Assembly: GCF_902459465.1 (NCBI RefSeq)
Contig: NC_047069.1
Location: 16,864,001-16,928,000, forward strand
Origin: Asterias rubens
Lineage: Eukaryota
Direction of reading: 5' to 3'
Length of the DNA: 64,000 bases
In this document: piece by piece, positions 51,401-61,069 of the stretch
Layout of the letters: each line of letters starts with the position of its first letter
Numbering within the stretch: the stretch's first letter is position 1
Notes under the pieces: model-generated
Seen by the model: only the letters and a program-made list of their open reading frames with translations
Databases searched by the model: none
What the model was told of the DNA's origin: nothing
Program-made: the position numbers and the translations under genes

Positions 51401-54400
51401 TTTTCAATTTTGATCCGCAAAGGAGTAATTTTGAATGGGGAATTTATTGTAGTCTCTTTCTTTGGAGTGGACATCTCATCTTCTCCTGATTGATCTGAAC
51501 CTAAACCATCAATTTCTTCCATGAGGGCTTTTTCGCATTCAATGTCTTGATCACTGCGATCTTCCTTATCTACCTCTGACTCAACTTCTCCTCCCTCTGC
51601 GATCTCTTCCTCAATAACTTTTCCAGCTTTCTCTTTGTCTTCTTCCTCATCAGCTTCTCCATCTCCAAGATCTTCTTCGTCTTCAGCTTTGTCACTGTCA
51701 GTTTCCTTTGTATCAGATTTTTTGCTCTTACTCTTACCGTCTTTTTCTTCAATGTTTTTGCAAGGCGTTTCTATTTCTGTACTTTTGTCTAGCTGTTGAT
51801 CGTCATCTTTCTCATGTTCTTGTGTTTCCACATTTTGGTTTGTTTCTTCAGTTTCCATTTCCTGTTCTGATGAAGCGCTTTGAGGATTCTCTTCTTCATC
51901 CAATTTGTTTTTTACTTCTTCACACTCCGCTGATTCCTCCAAACTCTCAGTTACATCTTCACTTTGATCATCAGTTTCATTGTTACGGTTGGAGCGTCTA
52001 TTTTTAGGAGTGTCTTTCTGCTTTCTGACAGTCTCTTCACTGCTTGAAGGTTTAGACTGATTAAGTTTTGGTTTGGAATCATGTGATGTTTGGCCATTGT
52101 GTTGGGAGTGCGTCTTCTTCGCCTTTTTGTCTAGTTTTATTTCCATCCACTTACTGGACATGTCTAATTGCACCGTACCCCTTTTAGTGTCCTTATCTGA
52201 TTGAGCAGCAAGTCTTAGATTAATCTCTTTCTCAGCCTTTGCTGTAGTACGCTTCAAGCTGCGCATAATCCACAATGCCATCTTGAGTCCCCAGCGATCT
52301 CCTTCCTTAGGTCTTAAGATCCTCAAACCATCAGAGCTGATCTCCAAAGTTGGTTTGTTGGGTTTAAACTGGAGATTAACGCTAACTTTGCTAATGCTCG
52401 GGTGGAGTGTTCCAGAATAGTCATCAGCCTCATCAGCCTCTCTGCCGTCGCCCGTTTGACGTCTGCGTGATTTGGACGGTTTCTGTTCTGCCATCTTATT
52501 CAAGCCCTCAAGAGCACTTTTACACTTCATGCGTAGCTCCTGGAGGGGTTTGTGGTCGCAGGCAAAGCAGCGCCACTTGGTGTCTTCACTGCTCATCAAG
52601 GCTGAGAGGAAACTTCGTCCAAGGTTGTGCTTGATGCATTTCTTGCAGAAGGCGTTAGTGCAGAAATCACAGCATATGAGACTACCACCCTCGGCACACC
52701 AACGACACTGTTCATCAATCCCTTCATCATCTTGACTGAATGTACCACTCTTGTAGTAGTCGAAGCATCTCTGCAAAGAAATTAAATCATAAAACTTGAT
52801 AAAATTCAGATGAATCCCTCTCAACTGTTCTCATTAAAGGCAGTGGACACTATTGGTAGTTCCTCAAAATAATTTCTAGCATAAAACCTTTCTTGGTGAC
52901 GAGTAATGGAGAGAGGTTGATGGTATAAAATATCGTGAGAAGCGGCTCCCTTTGAAGTGCCATAGTTTTCGAGAAAGAATTTGATTTCGAGACCTCAGAT
53001 TTAGAACTTGAGGTCTCAAAATCAACCATCTAAATGCACACAACTTCGAGTAACAAGGGTGTTTTATTCTTTCATTATTATCTCGCAAGGTCGATGACCG
53101 ATTGAGCTCAAATTTTCACAGGTTTGTTATTTTATGCATATGTTGAGATGAAGGCTAGTCTTTGACAATTACCAATAAGTGTCCACTGCCTTTAATTCAA
53201 GAAGGTGCTAATAATTACTTGAGGTCAACCCTAAATAGGTAGAAAAACTCCTTTACCAATACACTATGCTCCAATTGTTTAATTTCAGCCAGGACCAAAT
53301 GGCATATGTAGAGCAGATTAGGCACAAAAAAGTTGCTAAGCAAAAAATAATGCTTACCAGATTTAGGTTACCAAATTAGGCCAACATTTCCTGTGTACCA
53401 TCTGTGAGTGGTGTCCTGCTCATTTTTGTTCAACAGAGACTGTTTGCTCAAGCAAATTGAGCCCAAGCCTTATTTCATACAAACTTTTGAAGTTCCTGAA
53501 TAACCAGGGCCCAGTTTCATGGCTCTGCTTACCCTTAGCAAGGAATTCCTCACTTACGTCAAGCGTATCTTATGTTTTAGCAAGGAATTTATTAGAGATG
53601 TTAAATTTGCATCGGGGATAAAGAATATTAATTGGTTTTTACCCATACACCGATGTGTGTTTGCACTGTATACTCAGTACTTTCCGGAGTCATGTGAAAA
53701 AATATCACAGGCATGTTACTCGGGTGGGATTCGAGCCCACGACCCTTGCAATTCTCAAGTATTTGCAAGGGTCTAGAATTGCAAGGGTCGTGGATTTGAA
53801 TCCCACCCGAGTAACATGCCTTTGATATTTTTTCACATGACTCGGGAAAGTATACAGTGCTAACACACATCGGTGTATGGGTAAAAACCAATTAATAAGG
53901 AATTTATTTGTGCACTTGGGTCCTGCAAGTCCTAAGTTGGAACCAGCCCTAACTCTTTGTGAAATCGACCCCTGGAGTTATACGGAGGACATGGCCGCTG
54001 ATGCCCTGGTCTTGGCCTTGGTTCCCCTTCCAAAAGTTTCCCATAGACTTTAAAATGATCTTGCCCTCTCAAAGATTAAGACTCACCCTGCACAGAATGA
54101 CTTTGAGTATGGGATGTGGTTTGAAGGTCCGAGCGTCTAAATGGTTGACTTGCTTATGGCATGATGTACAATGAGCCTTCTCAATATCACTCTCTACTGA
54201 AAGAATACACAAATCACCAACAAATTAGGAGTTATGTCCCTTGGTTGTGGTGATACGGGTAAAAACAACATCCCTTAGAACAAAATAAATGTTCACTTAG
54301 ATTACATGATATAAAGATGGTCATGGTGGAAACTTCAAAATCTCGTTTTGCTTCAAATGCTCTGGTTTTTGAGAAAGTAGGACATTTTTTCAGTCTTAAC

Positions 54401-56146
54401 AAACATTTTTGACCTCGAAAGAGTAAGTCGCTAGCTCCTGACACAGTGAAAACAGAAAAATCATTATTTTCTGTCGACTCTGATGACCGATTAAGCGAAA
54501 AAGGCAAAGTATGACTTTGGTTTTTGAATCAATTGACTGGTTGTATTGTCGTATTTCAGATTACCACGGAGTAACCTGGTAAGTCTGCTGCCACCTAGAG
54601 TTCAAATTAGTCTCCAAATGAATTAAAAATAATTCTACAATGCAAATCAATTCACCTTTTTGCGCCATGCGTCTGGTCCTGAGTTTGGATTTGAATTCCG
54701 GTCCTTCAAAGTCACTTTCATTATCTGGAACAGCCTCGGGCTGAACAATCACTGTTCCTGGTTCAGGAAATAAAACTTATCAATTAGTACATTATCGCGT
54801 AAAACTTCTGTTTTCAAATTACACTGGAATACTTGAGAAAACAATTGAATGGGGTTCGATATGGAGGGTACACTGTAGTTGTGAAAACTTGAGATTTTGT
54901 ATGAAATTATTTAATCTCAGGAACAAGTTTCATGGAACTCAAAGCAACACTCTCCTGATCAGAAACCAGAGCTCGAGTCTGGTGCACTACTTGTGAGTGG
55001 GAAACCCTGGTCCTTAACTGACTCAATTTGGGTCGCAATAGGCCAGTTAAGCCAAGTTCATACTTCCTACGATTTCCTGCGATTGCCTTTTTAAATTGTA
55101 TTCTTTGCGAACTCCTTTGTATTTTAATGTTGTAATTTGGTAATTGTTTTGTTTCTAATTAGGCGCTTGAGGTAATTATGGCAATTTGGTGCTTTATAAA
55201 TATCTTGTTATTAGTAAAGAGATATTATTATCTGCTCGGCCATGACAAGCTGCTTGAGAGTAGGGAAACCCTGGTCTATACTCCAAGGGTAGTTACACTT
55301 AGGCTTACCCTCTGGGAGAACAGGCTCCTCTTTGTCCTTGACCTCCTCCTCTTCCCTGGTACTATCATCACCGGTACCCGCCCCATTGCACACTGCCTCA
55401 CTGCTTGTACTTGGGGTACCAGGATCAAACGATGAAGGGTCTATGTCCATCGCATCCTCAATGTCAGAGACTATGACTTCATCTTCGACTACTAAGGGCT
55501 GCCTCGTTATGTGGTGAGGCACCCTGGCTTTTCTGGAGAGGAAAGAATATCAGAGGTCAGAGGGAGTAAGTGGGGGAATGCGTTTAACAAGACCAGAATT
55601 GGTTTTACAGAAAATGCCCCACAGAGAGCTTATCTTTTGAACTGCTTGAATATGAACTTTAAAAGAAGATTTCTACGATTAAATTTATGGGCAAGTATTC
55701 TTCAATATTCAACAAAATTGAAAGATATTCATCAGAGTGAAAGTCAACATTTGAACAAAACAAAAAAGACCAGCAGAATGCCATAGAATAATCATTGGTC
55801 TTGGGCCTACACTCCAGTTTACAATTTGAGCACTAGCATGGAAAGATGGGAACAGTGTTGAGATATTGTAACGGAATCCCCCATGGAATTCCGCCAGTCG
55901 TATGAGTTATTACAGAAAAGTTTGCCAGATAGGTTACCAAAGAAACATGAACAAGCCAATTATTTTTGGACTAACAACCAATTCAAATGTTCCTAGTTGT
56001 CCTCAATGTAATTTCTTAGCACAGGCAACCGATGTTTCACTCTGGAATTGGTTGTTCAATTTTTCCTTCATAAAAGCACTTCCATGAGAGAAATTCAAAT
56101 CTCTGATCATTGAATAAACTCACCTTCTTGAGGATCCAGTTGGCAT
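23557..56146 (-). CDS. ATRX: Transcriptional regulator ATRX (ADD domain + SNF2 ATPase/helicase-C + Q-rich tail); 26 coding exons, 6,657 nt, 2,218 aa, possibly plus a 36-nt upstream coding exon
   Basis: ADD: [62 protein letters not shown]2: [108 protein letters not shown]. All junctions are GT-AG and the summed phases close to an open frame. Confidence 0.97.
24118..24359 (+). mobile_element. SINE, 5'-truncated
   Basis: Core TTGCTTCTCTCCACCCAGGGGTAAATGGGTACCTGTGAGGGCAGAG shared with the 30481 and 39038 copies. Confidence 0.85.
24658..25035. mobile_element. TTAA MITE family C
   Basis: TTAAAGCCATTATACACTTTCGG / CCGAAAGTGTCCAATGGCTTTAA. Confidence 0.85.
25165..25245 (-). CDS. ATRX: ATRX exon
   Basis: Encodes [27 protein letters not shown]; TTGCAG acceptor, GTAAGT donor. 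Confidence 0.75.
25358..25772. mobile_element. TTAA MITE family B, ends degraded
   Basis: ATGTCCACAGATTTACATTAAACTTAC / GTAAGTTTAACGTAAATCTGTGGACAT. Confidence 0.75.
25984..26137. repeat. Perfect tandem repeat, 38-bp unit x4
   Basis: CATCTCAAACTACTCGGTATTTGTCCTGCAAGGTATGT at 25984, 26022, 26060 and 26098. Confidence 0.95.
26359..26448 (-). CDS. ATRX: ATRX exon
   Basis: Encodes [30 protein letters not shown]; TTTCAG acceptor, GTAAAG donor. Confidence 0.75.
26556..26707. repeat. Tandem duplication, 78-bp period x2
   Basis: CAAATTCATCTTCTTAAAC...GCGGTAAACCTT at 26556 and 26634. Confidence 0.9.
26986..27532. repeat. Tandem repeat, about 181-201-bp unit x3
   Basis: TGTACATCAAAGTTTGCAACTATACTTTTGTG at about 26986, 27187 and 27368. 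Confidence 0.92.
28385..28411 (-). CDS. ATRX: Candidate ATRX 27-nt microexon (QMWYSGMNP)
   Basis: Acceptor TTTTGACTTCCTTTGCAG, donor CCG/GTAGGA, phase 0-0. Confidence 0.55.
29526..29897 (-). CDS. BEN-domain-like ORF (123 aa from ATG) nested in an ATRX intron, same strand; may be a pseudo-exon
   Basis: [59 protein letters not shown] fits the recalled BEN pattern (L..lF..eEL...nvtG..L..I...v...fP..ck.ain.kc); uninterrupted frame. Confidence 0.55.
   Translation of the reverse strand: MVRRIADYTTILRKVTQRCQFASDIEKGKLLCVFLLKQEVPLEELASKNVTGMSRDEHHKRCTIPQLNQSLIHCIFQQAKMQYPDFIDWYTDSECRTIKALNKCSKWANHELKKRSILETWGE
30481..30823 (+). mobile_element. Full-length tRNA-derived SINE with (ATT)n tail
   Basis: A-box-like TGGTCGAGTGG, B-box-like GGTTTGAAACC, shared core and tail. 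Confidence 0.88.
31614..33516. repeat. Minisatellite, 93-bp unit, about 20.5 copies, starting at the ATRX exon donor
   Basis: Unit TTTCCTTGTCTCACCTATAACCCACAACCTAGCACAAACCCACTTCCCCATTGGTTTACCACACCCTGAGCTCAGCACAACCCAGTACAACCC; explains the 606-aa and 630-aa repetitive ORFs. Confidence 0.97.
33517..33744 (-). CDS. ATRX: ATRX exon
   Basis: Encodes [35 protein letters not shown]; donor GTGAGT. Confidence 0.93.
34261..34413 (-). CDS. ATRX: ATRX exon
   Basis: Encodes [23 protein letters not shown]. Confidence 0.94.
35204..35236 (-). CDS. ATRX: ATRX 33-nt exon
   Basis: Encodes [11 protein letters not shown]; TTTCAG acceptor, GTAAAT donor. Confidence 0.92.
35407..35792. mobile_element. TTAA MITE family A, full length
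   Basis: Perfect TIR TTAAAGGCAGTGGACACTATTGGTAATT / AATTACCAATAGTGTCCACTGCCTTTAA. Confidence 0.93.
36150..36250. repeat. C-rich low-complexity minisatellite (G-rich on the ATRX sense strand)
   Basis: CCCCACACTCCCCC-type units. Confidence 0.8.
36341..36518 (-). CDS. ATRX: ATRX exon (helicase motifs V-VI)
   Basis: Encodes [24 protein letters not shown]. Confidence 0.96.
36840..36955 (-). CDS. ATRX: ATRX exon
   Basis: Encodes [22 protein letters not shown]. Confidence 0.93.
37358..37472 (-). CDS. ATRX: ATRX exon
   Basis: Encodes [15 protein letters not shown]. Confidence 0.94.
37787..38202. mobile_element. TTAA MITE subfamily A2, full length
   Basis: TTAAAGGGGAGGTACACGTTTGGTAATT / AATTACCAAACGTGTACCTTCCCTTTAA. 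Confidence 0.92.
38199..38297 (-). mobile_element. SINE head fragment
   Basis: Reverse complement of the SINE 5' region (GTGTCATGACCGGGACTGGAACCCACAC). Confidence 0.65.
38372..38528 (-). CDS. ATRX: ATRX exon
   Basis: Encodes [25 protein letters not shown]. Confidence 0.93.
39038..39412 (+). mobile_element. Full-length tRNA-derived SINE with a long (ATT)n tail
   Basis: A box TGGCCGAGCGG, B box GGTTCGAATCC, shared core, more than 20 ATT units. Confidence 0.92.
39428..39540 (-). CDS. ATRX: ATRX exon
   Basis: Encodes [22 protein letters not shown]; donor GTAAGA at 39427. Confidence 0.82.
40110..40215 (-). mobile_element. tRNA-Asn-like headed repeat (SINE-like), not a functional tRNA
   Basis: TAGCTCAGTTGGTAGAGCGCCGGCACGTTAATCCGGAGGTCATTGGTTCAAATCCCAC: D arm and GTT loop present, acceptor stem unpaired; degenerate relative at about 45782-45880. 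Confidence 0.6.
41009..41328. mobile_element. TTAA MITE family A
   Basis: TTAAAGACGCTGGACACTATTGG / CCAATAGTGTCCACTGCCTTTAA. Confidence 0.9.
41347..41558 (-). CDS. ATRX: ATRX exon
   Basis: Encodes [10 protein letters not shown]...KDAA; donor GTGAGT, phase 2. Confidence 0.85.
41812..42066 (-). CDS. ATRX: ATRX exon
   Basis: Encodes [23 protein letters not shown]. Confidence 0.94.
42819..42994 (-). CDS. ATRX: ATRX exon
   Basis: Encodes [26 protein letters not shown]. Confidence 0.95.
43422..43550 (-). mobile_element. SINE head fragment
   Basis: GTGTCATGACCAGGACTCGAAC..ATCAGAAACACCAGAGCT. Confidence 0.6.
43597..43734 (-). CDS. ATRX: ATRX exon (DEGH motif II, motif III)
   Basis: Encodes [14 protein letters not shown]...[12 protein letters not shown]. 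Confidence 0.95.
44085..44230 (+). mobile_element. L2-type LINE 3' fragment
   Basis: Encodes [31 protein letters not shown]. Confidence 0.75.
44904..45081 (-). CDS. ATRX: ATRX exon
   Basis: Encodes [13 protein letters not shown]...LADP. Confidence 0.93.
45156..45541. mobile_element. TTAA MITE family A
   Basis: TIRs with flanking TTAA. Confidence 0.9.
45933..46070 (-). CDS. ATRX: ATRX exon
   Basis: Encodes [19 protein letters not shown]. Confidence 0.95.
46377..46762. mobile_element. TTAA MITE family A
   Basis: TIRs with flanking TTAA. Confidence 0.9.
47049..47428. mobile_element. TTAA MITE family B
   Basis: TTAAAGGGTCTATGTAC ... GTACCCAAATCCTTT. Confidence 0.85.
47490..47603 (-). CDS. 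ATRX: ATRX exon (Walker A)
   Basis: Encodes VEGVQFMWD...CMGLGKTLQ. Confidence 0.95.
48050..48130. repeat. G-rich purine tract (GGGGGGGCAGAGAG)n
   Basis: Five or more G-runs of at least 4 nt. Confidence 0.8.
48182..48316 (-). CDS. ATRX: ATRX exon
   Basis: Ends ...LAKQLKPHQ. Confidence 0.92.
48853..49002 (-). CDS. ATRX: ATRX exon
   Basis: Encodes GRKKIRRVI...EEKERRKRI. Confidence 0.92.
49133..49250 (+). mobile_element. SINE head fragment
   Basis: AAGAGCACCAAACTCAAG..GTGTGGGTTCGAGT..TGAGCAAGATACTTG. Confidence 0.65.
49726..52770 (-). CDS. ATRX: ATRX giant exon (ADD PHD finger + acidic/basic disordered region), 3,045 nt
   Basis: Within ORF 49630-52824; CAG acceptor at 52773-52771, donor GTAAGT at 49725. 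Confidence 0.95.
52834..53195. mobile_element. TTAA MITE family A
   Basis: TIRs with flanking TTAA. Confidence 0.9.
53594..53896. mobile_element. Inverted pair of tRNA-derived elements forming a hairpin, flanked by a 12-bp direct repeat
   Basis: Arms 53627-53755 and 53775-53896; AAGGAATTTATT at 53582-53593 and 53897-53908. Confidence 0.8.
54087..54196 (-). CDS. ATRX: ATRX exon (ADD GATA-like finger)
   Basis: Encodes [18 protein letters not shown]...VILCR. Confidence 0.93.
54656..54757 (-). CDS. ATRX: ATRX exon
   Basis: Encodes TVIVQPEAV...MAQK; phase 1-1. Confidence 0.8.
55309..55532 (-). CDS. ATRX: ATRX exon
   Basis: TTTCCTCTCCAG acceptor; KARVPHH...LPE; donor GTAAGC. Confidence 0.8.
56124..56146 (-). 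CDS. ATRX: ATRX 23-nt exon (MPTGSSR)
   Basis: CTGCAG acceptor, donor GTGAGT, phase 2 fits the next exon. Confidence 0.7.
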
Positions 56147-56821
56147 CTGCAGAATGGGCGGAAAAATAAACAGTGACAAAATTTATCAACAATTTCATCC
56201 ATTCGTTTAAATGAGAGACAAGCACGAAATTAAACCAACTTATTGTTGTACACTGTACTTCATAATATGTAAATGGGTTGTAAAAATTTAAGTATGCAAT
56301 ACTTGTTTTGGGAAAAAGAACATTGTTTAGGTTTTACCACTGCACCAACGGGCCATATGGTTAAAAACCAATAAATGCTAGGAAATTTAAGCAAAAAGTA
56401 TTGCTTGACTTTGTGCAGCTTAAAGTGAAGTTTACCTTATTTGCTAGCAAACACTAGTTTTTAGCTATACCACCTTATGTACATTTCAAAGGATCCCACT
56501 TTAGCCTCTGGTTCTAGAATGTGTGGTCATGGGTTCGAACGAATCCTGTCAATTCTTTTCCAAAACCTCACAAAAGCACTCCGTGTACAAGTATATCGTA
56601 CATCACTCATCAGAGTAAAATTGAAATTCAACATACAGACATGTACGCCTATGTAGCAGGCCTTGAACTAAGTAAGTTGCTCTTGAGGGGGCACAGCAAT
56701 TTCCCTCTGGTAAGGAACACTACTACGTATTTAGGAAAACATAAATGAGTACAGGAACCTTGCACAGGGCACCACAGCAAAAGCACAGGGCACCACGACA
56801 ATTGCTGTGGGTGATGTGGGT

Positions 56822-57209
56822 TTAAAGGCAGTGGACACTATTGCTAATTGTCAAAGACTAGCCTTCACAGTATGTGTATCTTAACATATGCATAAAATAA
56901 AAAACATGTGAAAATTTGAGCTCAATCGGTCATCGAACTTGCGAGATAATAATGAAAGACAAAAACACCCCTGTCACACGAAGTTGTGTGAGTTTAGATG
57001 GTTGATTTCGAGACCTCAAGTTCTAAATCTGAGGTCTCGAAATCAAATTCATGGAAAATTACTTCTTTCTCAAAAACTATGGCTCTTCAGAGGGAGCCGT
57101 TTCTCACAATGTTTTATACCATCAACCTCTCCCCATTACTCGTCACCAAGAAAGGTTTTATGCTATATAATTATTTTGAGTAATTACCAACAGTGTCTAC
57201 TGCTTTTAA
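56822..57209. mobile_element. TTAA MITE family A
   Basis: TIRs with flanking TTAA. Confidence 0.9.
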
Positions 57210-57249
57210 CTTGAGGCCTGGCTAGTTACAAAAGTACATGTATCCTCAC

Positions 57250-57285
57250 CTTTGTAGTGGATTCGTTGCTACCAACTGTACTCAT
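57250..57285 (-). CDS. ATRX: Candidate ATRX first coding exon (MSTVGSNESTTK)
   Basis: Acceptor TTCCTATTCTGTCCTGCCAG before 57291, GCCATG context, donor AAG/GTGAGG, phase 0 in frame with the 56146 exon. Confidence 0.45.
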
Positions 57286-60252
57286 GGCTTGCTGGCAGGA
57301 CAGAATAGGAACAATCTACTACAATGTAGTTGCCCCCGATTGGTTGGCTTCTTGTGATGCACTTAACCAAAACACCTGTGCATAAAAAAAGTTGAGCATA
57401 AACTGTGTGAGAATTTGCAGTGCATACTTTCTCTCCAAGAAAGGAAAACAAGAGGGGGAGGGATTACTGAAACAGTCAGACATGCAACTTGGTAAATGAA
57501 AAGAGGGTAGTTCAATGGCCAAGCACACCAAACTTTCTCTGGTGTCTTCCAACTTCTTTGGCACTTTAAACAAGAAAATCATAATTAAAGGATTGGTAAG
57601 GAAATCACTCTTTTTAATTAATGTCGACCTTGGATTCCAAGTTGGAACGGTGCATGTTTTTGGGGACACTTATAACTTTATAATGTTTATTCCTGGTCTT
57701 CATAGAAAAATACTCGGCCGGTAAAGTACATGTACTTGGCGGGGATGTTTTTTTGACATTCAGTTGCAGTTGCTTTTAACTACATAGATGCATTTGTAGC
57801 ACAGATATCCGTCTTTGCCATCGAATGCTTCAGGGGGAACACCACAGGCGAAAGGACACAACTTCCACTATTGCAACTAAATAGTAAACTGCCCACAAAT
57901 TGATGAGTTTTGCACAATATTAGGCCTAACTCTTTATAGACCACTAAACTGCGTTGAAGGTTGTGCTGAGTTTGACTAAAAATGACATCCAGTAACCACA
58001 AGACCCGCCCCCTCCCCCTCACCCCCCCCCCCCACCCTAACATTTTTTAGTATAGCTCTACTTATGCTCTCATGTCAGGGATTTGCTGTTCACACTGTTT
58101 GTTATTGGGTTTTCTCTAATCCTTTTAAAACCCTTAACAATAACACCCCAAATTTCCTTAAAATTCAAATTACACATACATTGTACAAATTCACATCCGG
58201 GTCAAGAAAGTCAGTTGAGATTTTCATAAATGGTTATAAAACATACATGTGTACACTGTTCATAGCATCCATGCTCAATAGTAACACACAGTGTGTAATG
58301 CACAACAGGAAGCTTGCTCTACTGTAACATGGAGGTAGTAGGAATAGATACAGAGTGCATTCACCTCCAAGTATGGGTTCGGATAGGGGTAAAACAGTCA
58401 AATCAATGCATCTGGTGTACTTGGTACAAATATGATAAAACAGTTGTTTGAGTATGCACCATGTATACGTTTGCAGTACACATGGCACCTTATAAACCCT
58501 ACAGGGTGATGGGTCTCATAATTCAAAAACTTCACAGATTATTTTGACTGGATAGTGGAAATAAGAGACGCCCCTGCAGATAAAGCGCTGTAAAAACTAG
58601 CTTATTATTAGTATACAATGCATTGATGACATAAAAATGCTTTCAGTTGAAGCAAGGATGGTTTCAGAAAAGGAGACAAGCGAATAGAGAAATTACATCC
58701 ACGACATGAAGCTGGAGGTGCAAACCCATACAAATTAACTTTTGCAGAAAATAAGATTTATAAAAAAATAGTACAAACTGTCATCCTGATTACATCATGT
58801 ACGTGTACGTCTTCAGTGGGTATTATGTATTTCATGCACGATAAAATGTGCACAATGCACTGAGGCAGCTTGCAGAGATCTCAAGTGCAGCTGGGAAGCA
58901 ATTAGTCTTTACAAAGATTTTGGGTTAAAAAGAGAAGAATTTGGACCTTATTTGTTAAATCAGGTGACACATTAATTATAATCAGCAAAAGGGAAACTTT
59001 GATGCATTAACATAATCATGAATATTAATTAAGAAATTAATTATTCATGAGTTTGAAACATGAATATGAATGAAATCATGATTATTCATGTCCTCATTTG
59101 CATAAAAAGCAGACACCCACAATGCACTGCTCAAAATGGCTTCTGTGTAAAATGATTTGTGTAATAATGAATGGGCAGTATGTACACCACGATGGAACCC
59201 ATGGCATCTTAAGTATCAAGATCAAGAAGTACACATACATTAATAAGAAATCTGACTGTCTCTGGTTGACATGCTATTTTCATTTCATTTTTTTTCCTGA
59301 ACATTTTTAACCAACATAATGAAAATGCTATTGCTGCATATGATGTTACTCCCTCTGTAGATTAGGGAATAGTTTATAAATGCTATTTCTTCACCGAGGT
59401 GCTGAGTGGTAATCAGTTTAAAATAAAATGCAGAAATGATTCATTGTCCAACTAATAAACAAATAAATGCACTTAGCAGTTTTTAGTAAACCATGATTTA
59501 TATTATAATATAAATAGCATTGCATTTACATGAAAACAAAATTAGCCAAAATATGTCAATGATAATCCTACATAAAGACTACAATGTAACCTGGCTAATT
59601 TTGGTAAAATAAACTTGCCAAGTTGTTAAACAAAATACACAAAACAGCTTAGAAGGCCGCCTGCACCTAAACTGCAACACACCTGCACTACTTTCAGATT
59701 GACTTTTTGACTTTTTCAAAGTCAATATACAGGCAATGGTTAGTTGTATATTGCATTTTAACTGATTGGAAAGAAAATGTGCACAAGAGTAGGAAACTAA
59801 GCAACTAATCTCCTTTTTATTGACTTAATTTTGTCTCCAGCACAACCATTAAAAACATTCATTAATACCTAAGACAGTTTCACTATTCCTATAAAAAAAT
59901 TGGTGGAGATCGCGTCACGTGGGTGTGTATAAACCTTTGTTAATGACCAGTAAAAAGTGTTGAAACATGGGCATGACGCGCGAGCTTGCACCTGTGCTTA
60001 TAAGACAGAAATCATTACTATTGGTCGAGAGCAACTGCTGGAACAGTTGTGCCACATCATGCGATACACGGGACGCACACAGCAATCTCCTGTTAAGGAG
60101 TTGTTTACCCGAGGGCCTTGACTGGGCCTTACCATTTCATAGCTGGAAGGGTGTTGTGTTGAAGGAAATCATTGAACAACTATAATTTTTGCACTTATTT
60201 TACTTTTTGACCAAAAAGTGTTGATGTTTTTTTTTACCGAAAAAGGTATTTA

Positions 60253-60425
60253 TGAATGGGAATCAAAGTCTGTTGAATCAGATTTCAACTAGTGGTTTAA
60301 ACCCAACGAGGCCTGGTTCTTAATTATTTACCTCAACTTTGTCTCAGTAAAATTATCAAGAACCAGGCCTCGGCGGGTTTAAACCACTAGTTGAAAACCT
60401 CTTCACCACACATTGATTCCCTTAT
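60253..60425. mobile_element. Palindromic MITE
   Basis: GGGAATCAA..TTTCAACTAGTGGTTTAAACCC..GAGGCCTGGTTCTT / AAGAACCAGGCCTC..GGGTTTAAACCACTAGTTGAAA..TTGATTCCC. Confidence 0.8.
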
Positions 60426-60842
60426 TGAAAACTCTCGTGTGCAGTGCTCATGTGAACTTGGCTCAATTATTATTACACTTAATGCATCGCTTGTTTTTAT
60501 TTTGCATTTTCCTAATATTTCTTTTGTTTTGACTTACAACAATGTTTTTTCTTTGGGAACTAGAGTTAGGTGAGCCAATTGCTTCCTAATAAAAACTCTT
60601 GCCCTTCCAAGTGTAGTACTAAGATTTTTACAAATGTAATTTCAAAAGAGAGTGCATGAAATGGAGACCCCCCCCCCCATGACGTGTATTTTGTATGTGG
60701 TTTTATTTGCCAATTAAAAAAAAGCTAGACTTGACAATGATGATGACTCGTGGAAATTAACTGCCAGATTTTACCCTGTGAATGTGATACTTGCTTACAA
60801 TGTTGCTCAGAAAAATGGCTATTATTTGAACTAACTGGGCCA

Positions 60843-61069
60843 TTAAAAGGCAGTGGACGCTATGGCAATTACTCAAAATAGTTATTATCATAAAACCTTT
60901 CTTGGTTTACCAGTAATGTGGTGTTTTTTTCTTTCATTAATATCTCGCAACTTTGATAAACGATTGAGCTCAAATTGTCACAGTTTTGTTATTTTATGCA
61001 TATATGTTGAGATACACCAACTGTGAACACAAGTCTTTGACAAATTACCAGTAGTGTCCAGTGTCTTAA
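60843..61069. mobile_element. TTAA MITE family A, internally deleted
   Basis: Both termini retained, centre missing. Confidence 0.8.
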
